In this document: positions 11,777 to 25,300 of the stretch, in pieces
Layout of the letters: each line of letters starts with the position of its first letter
How positions within the stretch are numbered: position 1 is the stretch's first letter
Source: Eledone cirrhosa
Lineage: Eukaryota
NCBI GenBank assembly: GCA_964016885.1
Contig: OZ024741.1
Coordinates: 249,054,001 to 249,118,000 of the forward strand
DNA: 64,000 nucleotides
Reading direction: 5' to 3'
Notes under the pieces: generated by a model
Databases searched by the model: none
What the model saw: only the letters and a program-made list of their open reading frames with translations
What the model was told of the DNA's origin: nothing
Position numbers and translations under genes: made by a program

Positions 11777-14700
11777 AGATAATTTTCAGCCGTCCAAGGG
11801 GAGATAATTTCCATCCTTCCAAGGGGAGATAATTTCCAGCCGTCCAAGGGGAGATAATTTCCCGCCAGCCAAGGAGAGATAACATTTAAAAAAATCAGGC
11901 GGAGATAATTTGTAAAAAAAATCAGGGGGAGATAATTTGTAAAAAAATCAGGGGGAGATAATTTGTAAAAAAAATCAGGGGTAGATAATTTCCAGCCGTC
12001 CAAGGGGAGATAATTTCCATCCTTCCAAGGGGAGATAATTTCCAGCCGTCCAAGTGGAGATAATTTCCCGCCAGCCAAGGAGAGATAATATTTAAAACAA
12101 TCAGGCGGAGATAATTTGTAAAAAAAATCAGGGGGAGATAATTTGTAAAAAAATCAGGGGGAGATAATTTGTAAAAAAAAATCAGGGGGAGATAATTTGT
12201 AAAAAAAATCAGGGGGAGATAATTTGTAAAAAAAATCAGGGGTAGATAATTTGTAAAAAAAAATCAGGGGGAGATAATTTGTAAAAAAAAAATCAGGGGG
12301 AGATAATTTGTAAAAAAATCAAGGGGAGATAATTTCCAGCCGTCCAAGGGGAGGTAATATCTAGCCATCCAAGGGGAGATAATTTCCAGCCGTCCAAGGG
12401 GAGATAATTTCCAGCCGTCCAAGGGGAGATAATATCCAGCCGTCCAAGGAGACATATTTTCCAGCCGTCCAAGGAGACGTAATTTCTAGCCGTCCAAGGG
12501 GAGATAAGTTCCAGCCTCCAAGGGGAGATAATTTCCAGCCAGCCAAGGGGAGATAATTTGTAAAAAAATTAGGGGGAGATAATTTGTAAAAAAAAATTAG
12601 AGGGAGATAATTTGTAAAAAAAAATCAGGGGGAGATAATTTGTAAAAAAAAATCAGGGGGAGATAATTTGTAAAAAAAAATCAGGGGGAGATAATTTGTA
12701 AAAAAAAAATCAGGCGGAGATAATTTGTAAAAAAATCAAGGGGAGATAATTTCCAGCCGTCCAAGGGGAGATAATTTTCAGCCGTCCAAGGAGAGGTAAT
12801 TTCTAGCCGTCCAAGGGGAGATAATTTCCAGCCGTCCAAGGGGAGATAATTTTTTTTAAAAAATCAGGCGGAGATAATTTGTAAACAAAAATCAGGGGGA
12901 GATAATTTGTAAAAAAAAATCAGGGGGAGATAATTTGTAAAAAAAATCAGGGGGAGATAATTTGTAAAAAAAATCAAGGGGAGATAATTTGTAAAAAAAA
13001 ATCAGGGGTAGATAATTTGTAAAAAAAAATCAGGGGGAGATAATTTGTAAAAAAAAAATCAGGGGGAGATAATTTGTAAAAAAATCAAGGGGAGATAATT
13101 TCCAGCCGTCCAAGGGGAGATAATTTTCAGCCGTCCAAGGAGAGGTAATTTCTAGCCGTCCAAGGGGAGATAATTTCCAGCCAGCCAAGGGGAGATAATT
13201 TGTAAAAAAATCAGGGGTAGATAATTTGTAAAAAAAAATCAGGGGGAGATAATTTGTAAAAAAAATCAGGGGGAGATAATTTGTAAAAAAAATCAGGGGT
13301 AGATAATTTCCAGCCGTCCAAGGGGAGATAATTTCCATCCTTCCAAGGGGAGATAATTTCCAGCCGTCCAAGGGGAGATGATTTCCCGCCAGCCAAGGAG
13401 AGATAACATTTAAAAAAATCAGGCGGAGATAATTTGTAAAAAAAATCAGGGGGAGATAATTTGTAAAAAAAAAATCAAGGGGAGATAATTTGTAAAAAAA
13501 TCAGGGGGAGATAATTTGTAAAAAAAAAATCAGGGGGAGATAATTTGTAAAAAAAATCAGGGGGAGATAATTTGTAGAAAAAATCAGGGGTAGATAATTT
13601 GTAAAAAAAATCAGGGGGAGATAATTTGTAAAAAAAATCAGGGGGAGATAATTTGTAAAAAAAATCAGGGGTAGATAATTTGTAAAAAAAAATCAGGGGT
13701 AGATAATTTCCAGCCGTCCAAGGGGAGATAATTTCCATCCTTCCAAGGGGAGATAATTTCCAGCCGTCCAAGGGGAGATAATTTCCCGCCAGCCAAGGAG
13801 AGATAATATTTAAAAAAATCAGGCGGAGATAATTTGTAAAAAAAATCAGGGGGAGATAATTTGTAAAAAAATCAGGCGGAGATAATTTGTAAAAAAAAAT
13901 CAGGGGAGATAATTTGTAAAAAAAATCAGGGGGAGATAATTTGTAAAAAAAATCAGGGGTAGATAATTTGTAAAAAAAAATCAGGGGGAGATAATTTGTA
14001 AAAAAAAAATCAGGGGGAGATAATTTGTAAAAAAATCAAGGGGAGATAATTTCCAGCCGTCCAAGGGGAGATAATTTTCAGCCGTCCAAGGAGGTAATTT
14101 CTAGCCGTCCAAGGGGAGATAATTTCCAGCCGTCCAAGGGGAGATAATTTTTTTAAAAAAATCAGGCGGAGATAATTTGTAAAAAAAAATCAGGGGGAGA
14201 TAATTTGTAAAAAAAATCAGGGGGAGATAATTTGTAAAAAAAATCAGGGGTAGATAATTTCCAGCCGTCCAAGGGGAGATAATTTCCATCCTTCCAAAGG
14301 GAGATAATTTCCAGCCGTCCAAGGGGAGATGATTTCCCGCCAGCCAAGGAGAGATAACATTTAAAAAAATCAGGCGGAGATAATTTGTAAAAAAAATCAG
14401 GGGGAGATAATTTGTAAAAAAAAAATCAGGGGGAGATAATTTGTAAAAAAATCAGGGGGAGATAATTTGTAAAAAAAAAATCAGGGGGAGATAATTTGTA
14501 AAAAAAATCAGGGGGAGATAATTTGTAGAAAAAATCAGGGGTAGATAATTTGTAAAAAAAATCAGGGGGAGATAATTTGTAAAAAAAATCAGGGGGAGAT
14601 AATTTGTAAAAAAAATCAGGGGTAGATAATTTGTAAAAAAAAATCAGGGGTAGATAATTTCCAGCCGTCCAAGGGGAGATAATTTCCATCCTTCCAAGGG

Positions 14701-17700
14701 GAGATAATTTCCAGCCGTCCAAGGGGAGATAATTTCCCGCCAGCCAAGGAGAGATAATATTTAAAAAAATCAGGCGGAGATAATTTGTAAAAAAAATCAG
14801 GGGGAGATAATTTGTAAAAAAATCAGGCGGAGATAATTTGTAAAAAAAAATCAGGGGAGATAATTTGTAAAAAAAATCAGGGGGAGATAATTTGTAAAAA
14901 AAATCAGGGGTAGATAATTTGTAAAAAAAAATCAGGGGGAGATAATTTGTAAAAAAAAAATCAGGGGGAGATAATTTGTAAAAAAATCAAGGGGAGATAA
15001 TTTCCAGCCGTCCAAGGGGAGATAATTTTCAGCCGTCCAAGGAGGTAATTTCTAGCCGTCCAAGGGGAGATAATTTCCAGCCGTCCAAGGGGAGATAATT
15101 TTTTTAAAAAAATCAGGCGGAGATAATTTGTAAACAAAATTCAGGGGGAGATAATTTGTAAAAAAAAATCAGGGGGAGATAATTTGTAAAAAAAATCAGG
15201 GGGAGATAATTTGTAAAAAAAATCAAGGGGAGATAATTTGTAAAAAAAAATCAGGGGTAGATAATTTGTAAAAAAAAATCAGGGGGAGATAATTTTCAGC
15301 CGTCCAAGGGGAGATAATTTCCATCCTTCCAAGGGGAGATAATTTCCAGCCGTCCAAGGGGAGATAATTTCCCGCCAGCCAAGGAGAGATAACATTTAAA
15401 AAAATCAGGCGGAGATAATTTGTAAAAAAAATCAGGGGGAGATAATTTGTAAAAAAATCAGGGGGAGATAATTTGTAAAAAAAATCAGGGGTAGATAATT
15501 TCCAGCCGTCCAAGGGGAGATAATTTCCATCCTTCCAAGGGGAGATAATTTCCAGCCGTCCAAGTGGAGATAATTTCCCGCCAGCCAAGGAGAGATAATA
15601 TTTAAAACAATCAGGCGGAGATAATTTGTAAAAAAAATCAGGGGGAGATAATTTGTAAAAAAATCAGGGGGAGATAATTTGTAAAAAAAAATCAGGGGGA
15701 GATAATTTGTAAAAAAAATCAGGGGGAGATAATTTGTAAAAAAAATCAGGGGTAGATAATTTGTAAAAAAAAATCAGGGGGAGATAATTTGTAAAAAAAA
15801 AATCAGGGGGAGATAATTTGTAAAAAAATCAAGGGGAGATAATTTCCAGCCGTCCAAGGGGAGGTAATATCTAGCCATCCAAGGGGAGATAATTTCCAGC
15901 CGTCCAAGGGGAGATAATTTCCAGCCGTCCAAGGGGAGATAATATCCAGCCGTCCAAGGAGACATATTTTCCAGCCGTCCAAGGAGACGTAATTTCTAGC
16001 CGTCCAAGGGGAGATAAGTTCCAGCCTCCAAGGGGAGATAATTTCCAGCCAGCCAAGGGGAGATAATTTGTAAAAAAATTAGGGGGAGATAATTTGTAAA
16101 AAAAAATTAGAGGGAGATAATTTGTAAAAAAAAATCAGGGGGAGATAATTTGTAAAAAAAAATCAGGGGGAGATAATTTGTAAAAAAAAATCAGGGGGAG
16201 ATAATTTGTAAAAAAAAAATCAGGCGGAGATAATTTGTAAAAAAATCAAGGGGAGATAATTTCCAGCCGTCCAAGGGGAGATAATTTTCAGCCGTCCAAG
16301 GAGAGGTAATTTCTAGCCGTCCAAGGGGAGATAATTTCCAGCCGTCCAAGGGGAGATAATTTTTTTAAAAAAATCAGGCGGAGGTAATTTGTAAACAAAA
16401 ATCAGGGGGAGATAATTTGTAAAAAAAAATCAGGGGGAGATAATTTGTAAAAAAAATCAGGGGGAGATAATTTGTAAAAAAAATCAAGGGGAGATAATTT
16501 GTAAAAAAAAATCAGGGGTAGATAATTTGTAAAAAAAAATCAGGGGGAGATAATTTGTAAAAAAAAAATCAGGGGGAGATAATTTGTAAAAAAATCAAGG
16601 GGAGATAATTTCCAGCCGTCCAAGGGGAGATAATTTTCAGCCGTCCAAGGAGAGGTAATTTCTAGCCGTCCAAGGGGAGATAATTTCCAGCCAGCCAAGG
16701 GGAGATAATTTGTAAAAAAATCAGGGGTAGATAATTTGTAAAAAAAAATCAGGGGGAGATAATTTGTAAAAAAAATCAGGGGGAGATAATTTGTAAAAAA
16801 AATCAGGGGTAGATAATTTCCAGCCGTCCAAGGGGAGATAATTTCCATCCTTCCAAGGGGAGATAATTTCCAGCCGTCCAAGGGGAGATGATTTCCCGCC
16901 AGCCAAGGAGAGATAACATTTAAAAAAATCAGGCGGAGATAATTTGTAAAAAAAATCAGGGGGAGATAATTTGTAAAAAAAAAATCAAGGGGAGATAATT
17001 TGTAAAAAAATCAGGGGGAGATAATTTGTAAAAAAAAAATCAGGGGCAGATAATTTGTAAAAAAAATCAGGGGGAGATAATTTGTAGAAAAAATCAGGGG
17101 TAGATAATTTGTAAAAAAAATCAGGGGGAGATAATTTGTAAAAAAAATCAGGGGGAGATAATTTGTAAAAAAAATCAGGGGTAGATAATTTGTAAAAAAA
17201 AATCAGGGGTAGATAATTTCCAGCCGTCCAAGGGGAGATAATTTCCATCCTTCCAAGGGGAGATAATTTCCAGCCGTCCAAGGGGAGATAATTTCCCGCC
17301 AGCCAAGGAGAGATAATATTTAAAAAAATCAGGCGGAGATAATTTGTAAAAAAAATCAGGGGGAGATAATTTGTAAAAAAATCAGGCGGAGATAATTTGT
17401 AAAAAAAAATCAGGGGAGATAATTTGTAAAAAAAATCAGGGGGAGATAATTTGTAAAAAAAATCAGGGGTAGATAATTTGTAAAAAAAAATCAGGGGGAG
17501 ATAATTTGTAAAAAAAAAATCAGGGGGAGATAATTTGTAAAAAAATCAAGGGGAGATAATTTCCAGCCGTCCAAGGGGAGATAATTTTCAGCCGTCCAAG
17601 GAGGTAATTTCTAGCCGTCCAAGGGGAGATAATTTCCAGCCGTCCAAGGGGAGATAATTTTTTTAAAAAAATCAGGCGGAGATAATTTGTAAAAAAAAAT

Positions 17701-18805
17701 CAGGGGGAGATAATTTGTAAAAAAAATCAGGGGGAGATAATTTGTAAAAAAAATCAGGGGTAGATAATTTCCAGCCGTCCAAGGGGAGATAATTTCCATC
17801 CTTCCAAAGGGAGATAATTTCCAGCCGTCCAAGGGGAGATGATTTCCCGCCAGCCAAGGAGAGATAACATTTAAAAAAATCAGGCGGAGATAATTTGTAA
17901 AAAAAATCAGGGGGAGATAATTTGTAAAAAAAAAATCAGGGGGAGATAATTTGTAAAAAAATCAGGGGGAGATAATTTGTAAAAAAAAAATCAGGGGGAG
18001 ATAATTTGTAAAAAAAATCAGGGGGAGATAATTTGTAGAAAAAATCAGGGGTAGATAATTTGTAAAAAAAATCAGGGGGAGATAATTTGTAAAAAAAATC
18101 AGGGGGAGATAATTTGTAAAAAAAATCAGGGGTAGATAATTTGTAAAAAAAAATCAGGGGTAGATAATTTCCAGCCGTCCAAGGGGAGATAATTTCCATC
18201 CTTCCAAGGGGAGATAATTTCCAGCCGTCCAAGGGGAGATAATTTCCCGCCAGCCAAGGAGAGATAATATTTAAAAAAATCAGGCGGAGATAATTTGTAA
18301 AAAAAATCAGGGGGAGATAATTTGTAAAAAAATCAGGCGGAGATAATTTGTAAAAAAAAATCAGGGGAGATAATTTGTAAAAAAAATCAGGGGGAGATAA
18401 TTTGTAAAAAAAATCAGGGGTAGATAATTTGTAAAAAAAAATCAGGGGGAGATAATTTGTAAAAAAAAAATCAGGGGGAGATAATTTGTAAAAAAATCAA
18501 GGGGAGATAATTTCCAGCCGTCCAAGGGGAGATAATTTTCAGCCGTCCAAGGAGGTTATTTCTAGCCGTCCAAGGGGAGATAATTTCCAGCCGTCCAAGG
18601 GGAGATAATTTTTTTAAAAAAATCAGGCGGAGATAATTTGTAAACAAAATTCAGGGGGAGATAATTTGTAAAAAAAAATCAGGGGGAGATAATTTGTAAA
18701 AAAAATCAGGGGGAGATAATTTGTAAAAAAAATCAAGGGGAGATAATTTGTAAAAAAAAATCAGGGGTAGATAATTTGTAAAAAAAAATCAGGGGGAGAT
18801 AATTT
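11777..18805 (+). repeat. Tandem duplication, period 3,510 bp (11777-15286 and 15287-18796), repeated at about 26124-33152
   Basis: ORF offsets 12264/15774, 13030/16540 and 14426/17936. Shared markers CAAGTGG, AAAACAATC and TTAGAGGG. Confidence 0.92.
13219..15134 (+). repeat. Tandem duplication, period 951 bp (13219-14169 and 14170-15120), nested in the 3,510 bp unit
   Basis: ORF offsets 13211/14162 and 13475/14426. The marker GAGATGATTTCCCG is in both copies. Confidence 0.9.
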
Positions 18806-18899
18806 GTAAAAAAAAAATCAGGGGGAGATAATTTGTAAAAAAATCAGGGGTAGATAATTTGTAAAAAAAAATCAGGGGGAGATAATTTGTAAAAAAAAA

Positions 18900-21800
18900 T
18901 CAGGGGGAGATAATTTGTAAAAAAAATCAGGGGGAGATAATTTGTAAAAAAAAATCAGGGGTAGATAATTTGTAAAAAAAAATCAGGGGGAGATAATTTG
19001 TAAAAAAAAATCAGGGGGAGATAATTTGTAAAAAAATCAAGGGGAGATAATTTCCAGCCGTCCAAGGGGAGATAATTTTCAGCCGTCCAAGGAGAGGTAA
19101 TTTCTAGCCGTCCAAGGGGAGATAATTTCCAGCCGTCCAAGGGGAGATAATTTTTTAAAAAAAATCAGGCGGAGATAATTTGTAAACAAAAATCAGGGGG
19201 AGATAATTTGTAAAAAAAAATCAGGGGGAGATAATTTGTAAAAAAAAATCAGGGGGAGATAATTTGTAAAAAAAATCAAGGGGAGATAATTTCCAGCCGT
19301 CCAAGGGGAGGTAATATCTAGCCATCCAAGGGGAGATAATTTCCAGCCGTCCAAGGGCAGATAATTTCCAGCCGTCCAAGGGGAGATAATATCCAGCCGT
19401 CCAAGGAGACATATTTTCCAGCCGTCCAAGGAGACGTAATTTCTAGCCGTCCAAGGGGAGATAAGTTCCAGCCTCCAAGGGGAGATAATTTCCAGCCAGC
19501 CAAGGGGAGATAATTTGTAAACAAATCAGGGGGAGATAATTTGTAAAAAAAAAATCAGGGGGAGATAATTTGTAAAAAAATCAGGGGGAGATAATTTGTA
19601 AAAAAAAATCAGGGGGAGATAATTTGTAAAAAAAATCAGGGGGAGATAATTTGTAAAAAAAATCAGGGGTAGATAATTTGTAAAAAAAATCAGGGGGAGA
19701 TAATTTGTAAAAAAAATCAGGGGGAGATAATTTGTAAAAAAAATCAGGGGTAGATAATTTTCAGCCGTCCAAGGGGAGATAATTTCCATCCTTCCAAGGG
19801 GAGATAATTTCCAGCCGTCCAAGGGGAGATAATTTCCCGCCAGCCAAGGAGAGATAACATTTAAAAAAATCAGGCGGAGATAATTTGTAAAAAAAATCAG
19901 GGGGAGATAATTTGTAAAAAAATCAGGGGGAGATAATTTGTAAAAAAAATCAGGGGTAGATAATTTCCAGCCGTCCAAGGGGAGATAATTTCCATCCTTC
20001 CAAGGGGAGATAATTTCCAGCCGTCCAAGGGGAGATAATTTCCCGCCAGCCAAGGAGAGATAATATTTAAAAAAATCAGGCGGAGATAATTTGTAAAAAA
20101 AATCAGGGGGAGATAATTTGTAAAAAAATCAGGGGGAGATAATTTGTAAAAAAAAATCAGGGGGAGATAATTTGTAAAAAAAATCAGGGGGAGATAATTT
20201 GTAAAAAAAAATCAGGGGTAGATAATTTGTAAAAAAAAATCAGGGGGAGATAATTTGTAAAAAAAAAATCAGGGGGAGATAATTTGTAAAAAAATCAAGG
20301 GGAGATAATTTCCAGCCGTCCAAGGGGAGATAATTTTCAGCCGTCCAAGGAGAGGTAATTTCTAGCCGTCCAAGGGGAGATAATTTCCAGCCGTCCAAGG
20401 GGAGATAATTTTTTTAAAAAAATCAGGCGGAGATAATTTGTAAACAAAAATCAGGGGGAGATAATTTGTAAAAAAAAATCAGGGGGAGATAATTTGTAAA
20501 AAAAAATCAGGGGGAGATAATTTGTAAAAAAAATCAAGGGGAGATAATTTCCAGCCGTCCAAGGGGAGGTAATATCTAGCCATCCAAGGGGAGATAATTT
20601 CCAGCCGTCCAAGGGGAGATAATTTCCAGCCGTCCAAGGGGAGATAATATCCAGCCGTCCAAGGAGACATATTTTCCAGCCGTCCAAGGAGACGTAATTT
20701 CTAGCCGTCCAAGGGGAGATAAGTTCCAGCCTCCAAGGGGAGATAATTTCCAGCCAGCCAAGGGGAGATAATTTGTAAAAAAATTAGGGGGAGATAATTT
20801 GTAAAAAAAAATTAGGGGGAGATAATTTGTAAAAAAAAATCAGGGGGAGATAATTTGTAAAAAAAAATCAGGGGGAGATAATTTGTAAAAAAAATCAAGG
20901 GGAGATAATTTCCAGCCGTCCAAGGGGAGATAATTTTCAGCCGTCCAAGGAGAGGTAAATTCTAGCCGTCCAAGGAGATATAATTTCCAGCCGTCCAAGG
21001 GGAGATAATTTCCAGCCGTCCAAGGGGAGATAATTTTAAAAAAAAAATCAGGCGGAGATAATTTGTAAACAAAAATCAGGGGGAGATAACTTTTAAAAAA
21101 AAATCAGGGGGAGATAATTTGTAAAAAAAAATCAGGGGGAGATAATTTGTAAAAAAAATCAAGGGGAGATAATTTCCAGCCGTCCAAGGGGAGGTAATAT
21201 CTAGCCATCCAAGGGGAGATAATTTCCAGCCGTCCAAGGGGAGATAATTTCCAGCCGTCCAAGGGGAGATAATATCCAGCCGTCCAAGGAGACATATTTT
21301 CCAGCCGTCCAAGGAGAGGTAATTTCTAGCCGTCCAAGGGGAGATAAGTTCCAGCCTCCAAGGGGAGATAATTTCCAGCCAGCCAAGGGGAGATAATTTG
21401 TAAAAAAATCAGGGGGGAGATAATTTGTAAAAAAAATCAGGGGGAGATAATTTGAAAAAAAAATCAGGGGGAGATAATTTGTAAAAAATATCAAGGGGAG
21501 ATAATTTCCAGCCCTCCAGGGGGCTATAATTTCCAGCCGTGCAAGGGGAGATAATTTCCAGCCGTCCAAGGGGAGATAATTTCCATCCTTCCAAGGGGAG
21601 ATAATTTCCAGCCGTCCAAGGGGAGATAATTTCCCGCCAGCCAAGGGAAGATAATTTTTTAAAAAATCAGGCGGAGATTGTAAAAAAAATCAGGGGGAGA
21701 TAATTTGTAAAAAAATCAGGGGGAGATAATTTGTAAAAAAAAAATCAGGGGGAGATAATTTGTAAAAAAAAATCAAGGGGAGATAATTTGTAAAAAAAAT

Positions 21801-24800
21801 CAGGGGGAGATAATTTGTAAAAAAAATCAGGGGTAGATAATTTGTAAAAAAAATCAGGGGGAGATAATTTGTAAAAAAAATCAGGGGGAGATAATTTGTA
21901 AAAAAAATCAGGGGTAGATAATTTTCAGCCGTCCAAGGGGAGATAATTTCCATCCTTCCAAGGGGAGATAATTTCCAGCCGTCCAAGGGGAGATAATTTC
22001 CCGCCAGCCAAGGAGAGATAACATTTAAAAAAATCAGGCGGAGATAATTTGTAAAAAAATCAGGGGGAGATAATTTGTAAAAAAAAATCAGGGGGAGATA
22101 ATTTGTAAAAAAAATCAGGGGGAGATAATTTGTAAAAAAAAATCAGGGGTAGATAATTTGTAAAAAAAAATCAGGGGGAGATAATTTGTAAAAAAAAATC
22201 AGGGGGAGATAATTTGTAAAAAAATCAAGGGGAGATAATTTCCAGCCGTCCAAGGGGAGATAATTTTCAGCCGTCCAAGGAGAGGTAATTTCTAGCCGTC
22301 CAAGGGGAGATAATTTCCAGCCGTCCAAGGGGAGATAATTTTTAAAAAAAAATCAGGCGGAGATAATTTGTAAACAAAAATCAGGGGGAGATAATTTGTA
22401 AAAAAAAATCAGGGGGAGATAATTTGTAAAAAAAAATCAGGGGGAGATAATTTGTAAAAAAAATCAAGGGGAGATAATTTCCAGCCGTCCAAGGGGAGGT
22501 AATATCTAGCCATCCAAGGGGAGATAATTTCCAGCCGTCCAAGGGGAGATAATTTCCAGCCGTCCAAGGGGAGATAATATCCAGCCGTCCAAGGAGACAT
22601 ATTTTCCAGCCGTCCAAGGAGACGTAATTTCTAGCCGTCCAAGGGGAGATAAGTTCCAGCCTCCAAGGGGAGATAATTTCCAGCCAGCCAAGGGGAGATA
22701 ATTTGTAAAAAAATCAGGGGGAGATAATTTGTAAAAAAAAAATCAGGGGGAGATAATTTGTAAAAAAATCAGGGGGAGACAATTTGTAAAAAAAAGTCAG
22801 GGGGAAATAATTTGTAAAAAAAATCAGGGGGAGATAATTTGTAAAAAAAATCAGGGGTAGATAATTTGTAAAAAAAATCAGGGGGAGATAATTTGTAAAA
22901 AAAATCAGGGGGAGATAATTTGTAAAAAAAATCAGGGGTAGATAATTTTCAGCCGTCCAAGGGGAGATAATTTCCATCCTTCCAAGGGGAGATAATTTCC
23001 AGCCGTCCAAGGGGAGATAATTTCCCGCCAGCCAAGGAGAGATAACATTTAAAAAAATCAGGCGGAGATAATTTGTAAAAAAAATCAGGGGGAGATAATT
23101 TGTAAAAAAATCAGGGGGAGATAATTTGTAAAAAAAATCAGGGGTAGATAATTTCCAGCCGTCCAAGGGGAGATAATTTCCATCCTTCCAAGGGGAGATA
23201 ATTTCCAGCCGTCCAAGGGGAGATAATTTCCCGCCAGCCAAGGAGAGATAATATTTAAAAAAATCAGGCGGAGATAATTTGTAAAAAAAATCAGGGGGAG
23301 ATAATTTGTAAAAAAATCAGGGGGAGATAATTTGTAAAAAAAAATCAGGGGGAGATAATTTGTAAAAAAATCAGGGGGAGATAATTTGTAAAAAAAATCA
23401 GGGGTAGATAATTTGTAAAAAAAAATCAGGGGGAGATAATTTGTAAAAAAAAAATCAGGGGGAGATAATTTGTAAAAAAATCAAGGGGAGATAATTTCCA
23501 GCCGTCCAAGGGGAGATAATTTTCAGCCGTCCAAGGAGAGGTAATTTCTAGCCGTCCAAGGGGAGATAATTTCCAGCCGTCCAAGGGGAGATAATTTTTT
23601 TAAAAAAATCAGGCGGAGATAATTTGTAAACAAAAATCAGGGGGAGATAATTTGTAAAAAAAAATCAGGGGGAGATAATTTGTAAAAAAAAATCAGGGGG
23701 AGATAATTTGTAAAAAAAATCAAGGGGAGATAATTTCCAGCCGTCCAAGGGGAGGTAATATCTAGCCATCCAAGGGGAGATAATTTCCAGCCGTCCAAGG
23801 GGAGATAATTTCCAGCCGTCCAAGGGGAGATAATATCCAGCCGTCCAAGGAGACATATTTTCCAGCCGTCCAAGGAGACGTAATTTCTAGCCGTCCAAGG
23901 GGAGATAAGTTCCAGCCTCCAAGGGGAGATAATTTCCAGCCAGCCAAGGGGAGATAATTTGTAAAAAAATTAGGGGGAGATAATTTGTAAAAAAAAATTA
24001 GGGGGAGATAATTTGTAAAAAAAAATCAGGGGGAGATAATTTGTAAAAAAAAATCAGGGGGAGATAATTTGTAAAAAAAATCAAGGGGAGATAATTTCCA
24101 GCCGTCCAAGGGGAGATAATTTTCAGCCGTCCAAGGAGAGGTAAATTCTAGCCGTCCAAGGAGATATAATTTCCAGCCGTCCAAGGGGAGATAATTTCCA
24201 GCCGTCCAAGGGGAGATAATTTTTAAAAAAAAATCAGGCGGAGATAATTTGTAAACAAAAATCAGGGGGAGATAATTTAAAAAAAAAAATCAGGGGGAGA
24301 TAATTTGTAAAAAAAAATCAGGGGGAGATAATTTGTAAAAAAATCAAGGGGAGATAATTTCCAGCCGTCCAAGGGGAGGTAATATCTAGCCATCCAAGGG
24401 GAGATAATTTCCAGCCGTCCAAGGGTAGATAATTTCCAGCCGTCCAAGGGGAGATAATATCCAGCCGTCCAAGGAGACATATTTTCCAGCCGTCCAAGGA
24501 GAGGTAATTTCTAGCCGTCCAAGGGGAGATAAGTTCCAGCCTCCAAGGGGAGATAATTTCCAGCCAGCCAAGGGGAGATAATTTGTAAAAAAATCAGGGG
24601 GGAGATAATTTGTAAAAAAAATCAGGGGGAGATAATTTGAAAAAAAAATCAGGGGGAGATAATTTGTAAAAAATATGAAGGGGAGATAATTTCCAGCCCT
24701 CCAAGGGGCTATAATTTCCAGCCGTGCAAGGGGAGATAATTTCCAGCCGTCCAAGGCGAGATAATTTCCATCCTTCCAAGGGGAGATAATTTCCAGCCGT

Positions 24801-25300
24801 CCAAGGGGAGATAATTTCCCGCCAGCCAAGGGAAGATAATTTTTTAAAAAATCAGGCGGAGATTGTAAAAAAAATCAGGGGGAGATAATTTGTAAAAAAA
24901 TCAGGGGGAGATAATTTGTAAAAAAAAAATCAGGGGGAGATAATTTGTAAAAAAAAATCAGGGGGAGATAATTTGTAAAAAAAATCAGGGGGAGATAATT
25001 TGTAAAAAAAATCAGGGGTAGATAATTTGTAAAAAAAATCAGGGGGAGATAATTTGTAAAAAAAATCAGGGGGAGATAATTTGTAAAAAAAATCAGGGGT
25101 AGATAATTTTCAGCCGTCCAAGGGGAGATAATTTCCATCCTTCCAATGGGAGATAATTTCCAGCCGTCCAAGGGGAGATAATTTCCCGCCAGCCAAGGAG
25201 AGATAACATTTAAAAAAATCAGGCGGAGATAATTTGTAAAAAAATCAGGGGGAGATAATTTGTAAAAAAAAATCAGGGGGAGATAATTTGTAAAAAAAAT
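18900..25300 (+). repeat. Two tandem ~3.19 kb higher-order units (R-P-Q-Q-R-P-R'-P-S-Q); boundaries approximate
   Basis: ORF offsets of 3,185-3,188 (18955/22143, 19526/22714, 21201/24386). A related unit lies at about 7.75-10.95 kb. Confidence 0.85.
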
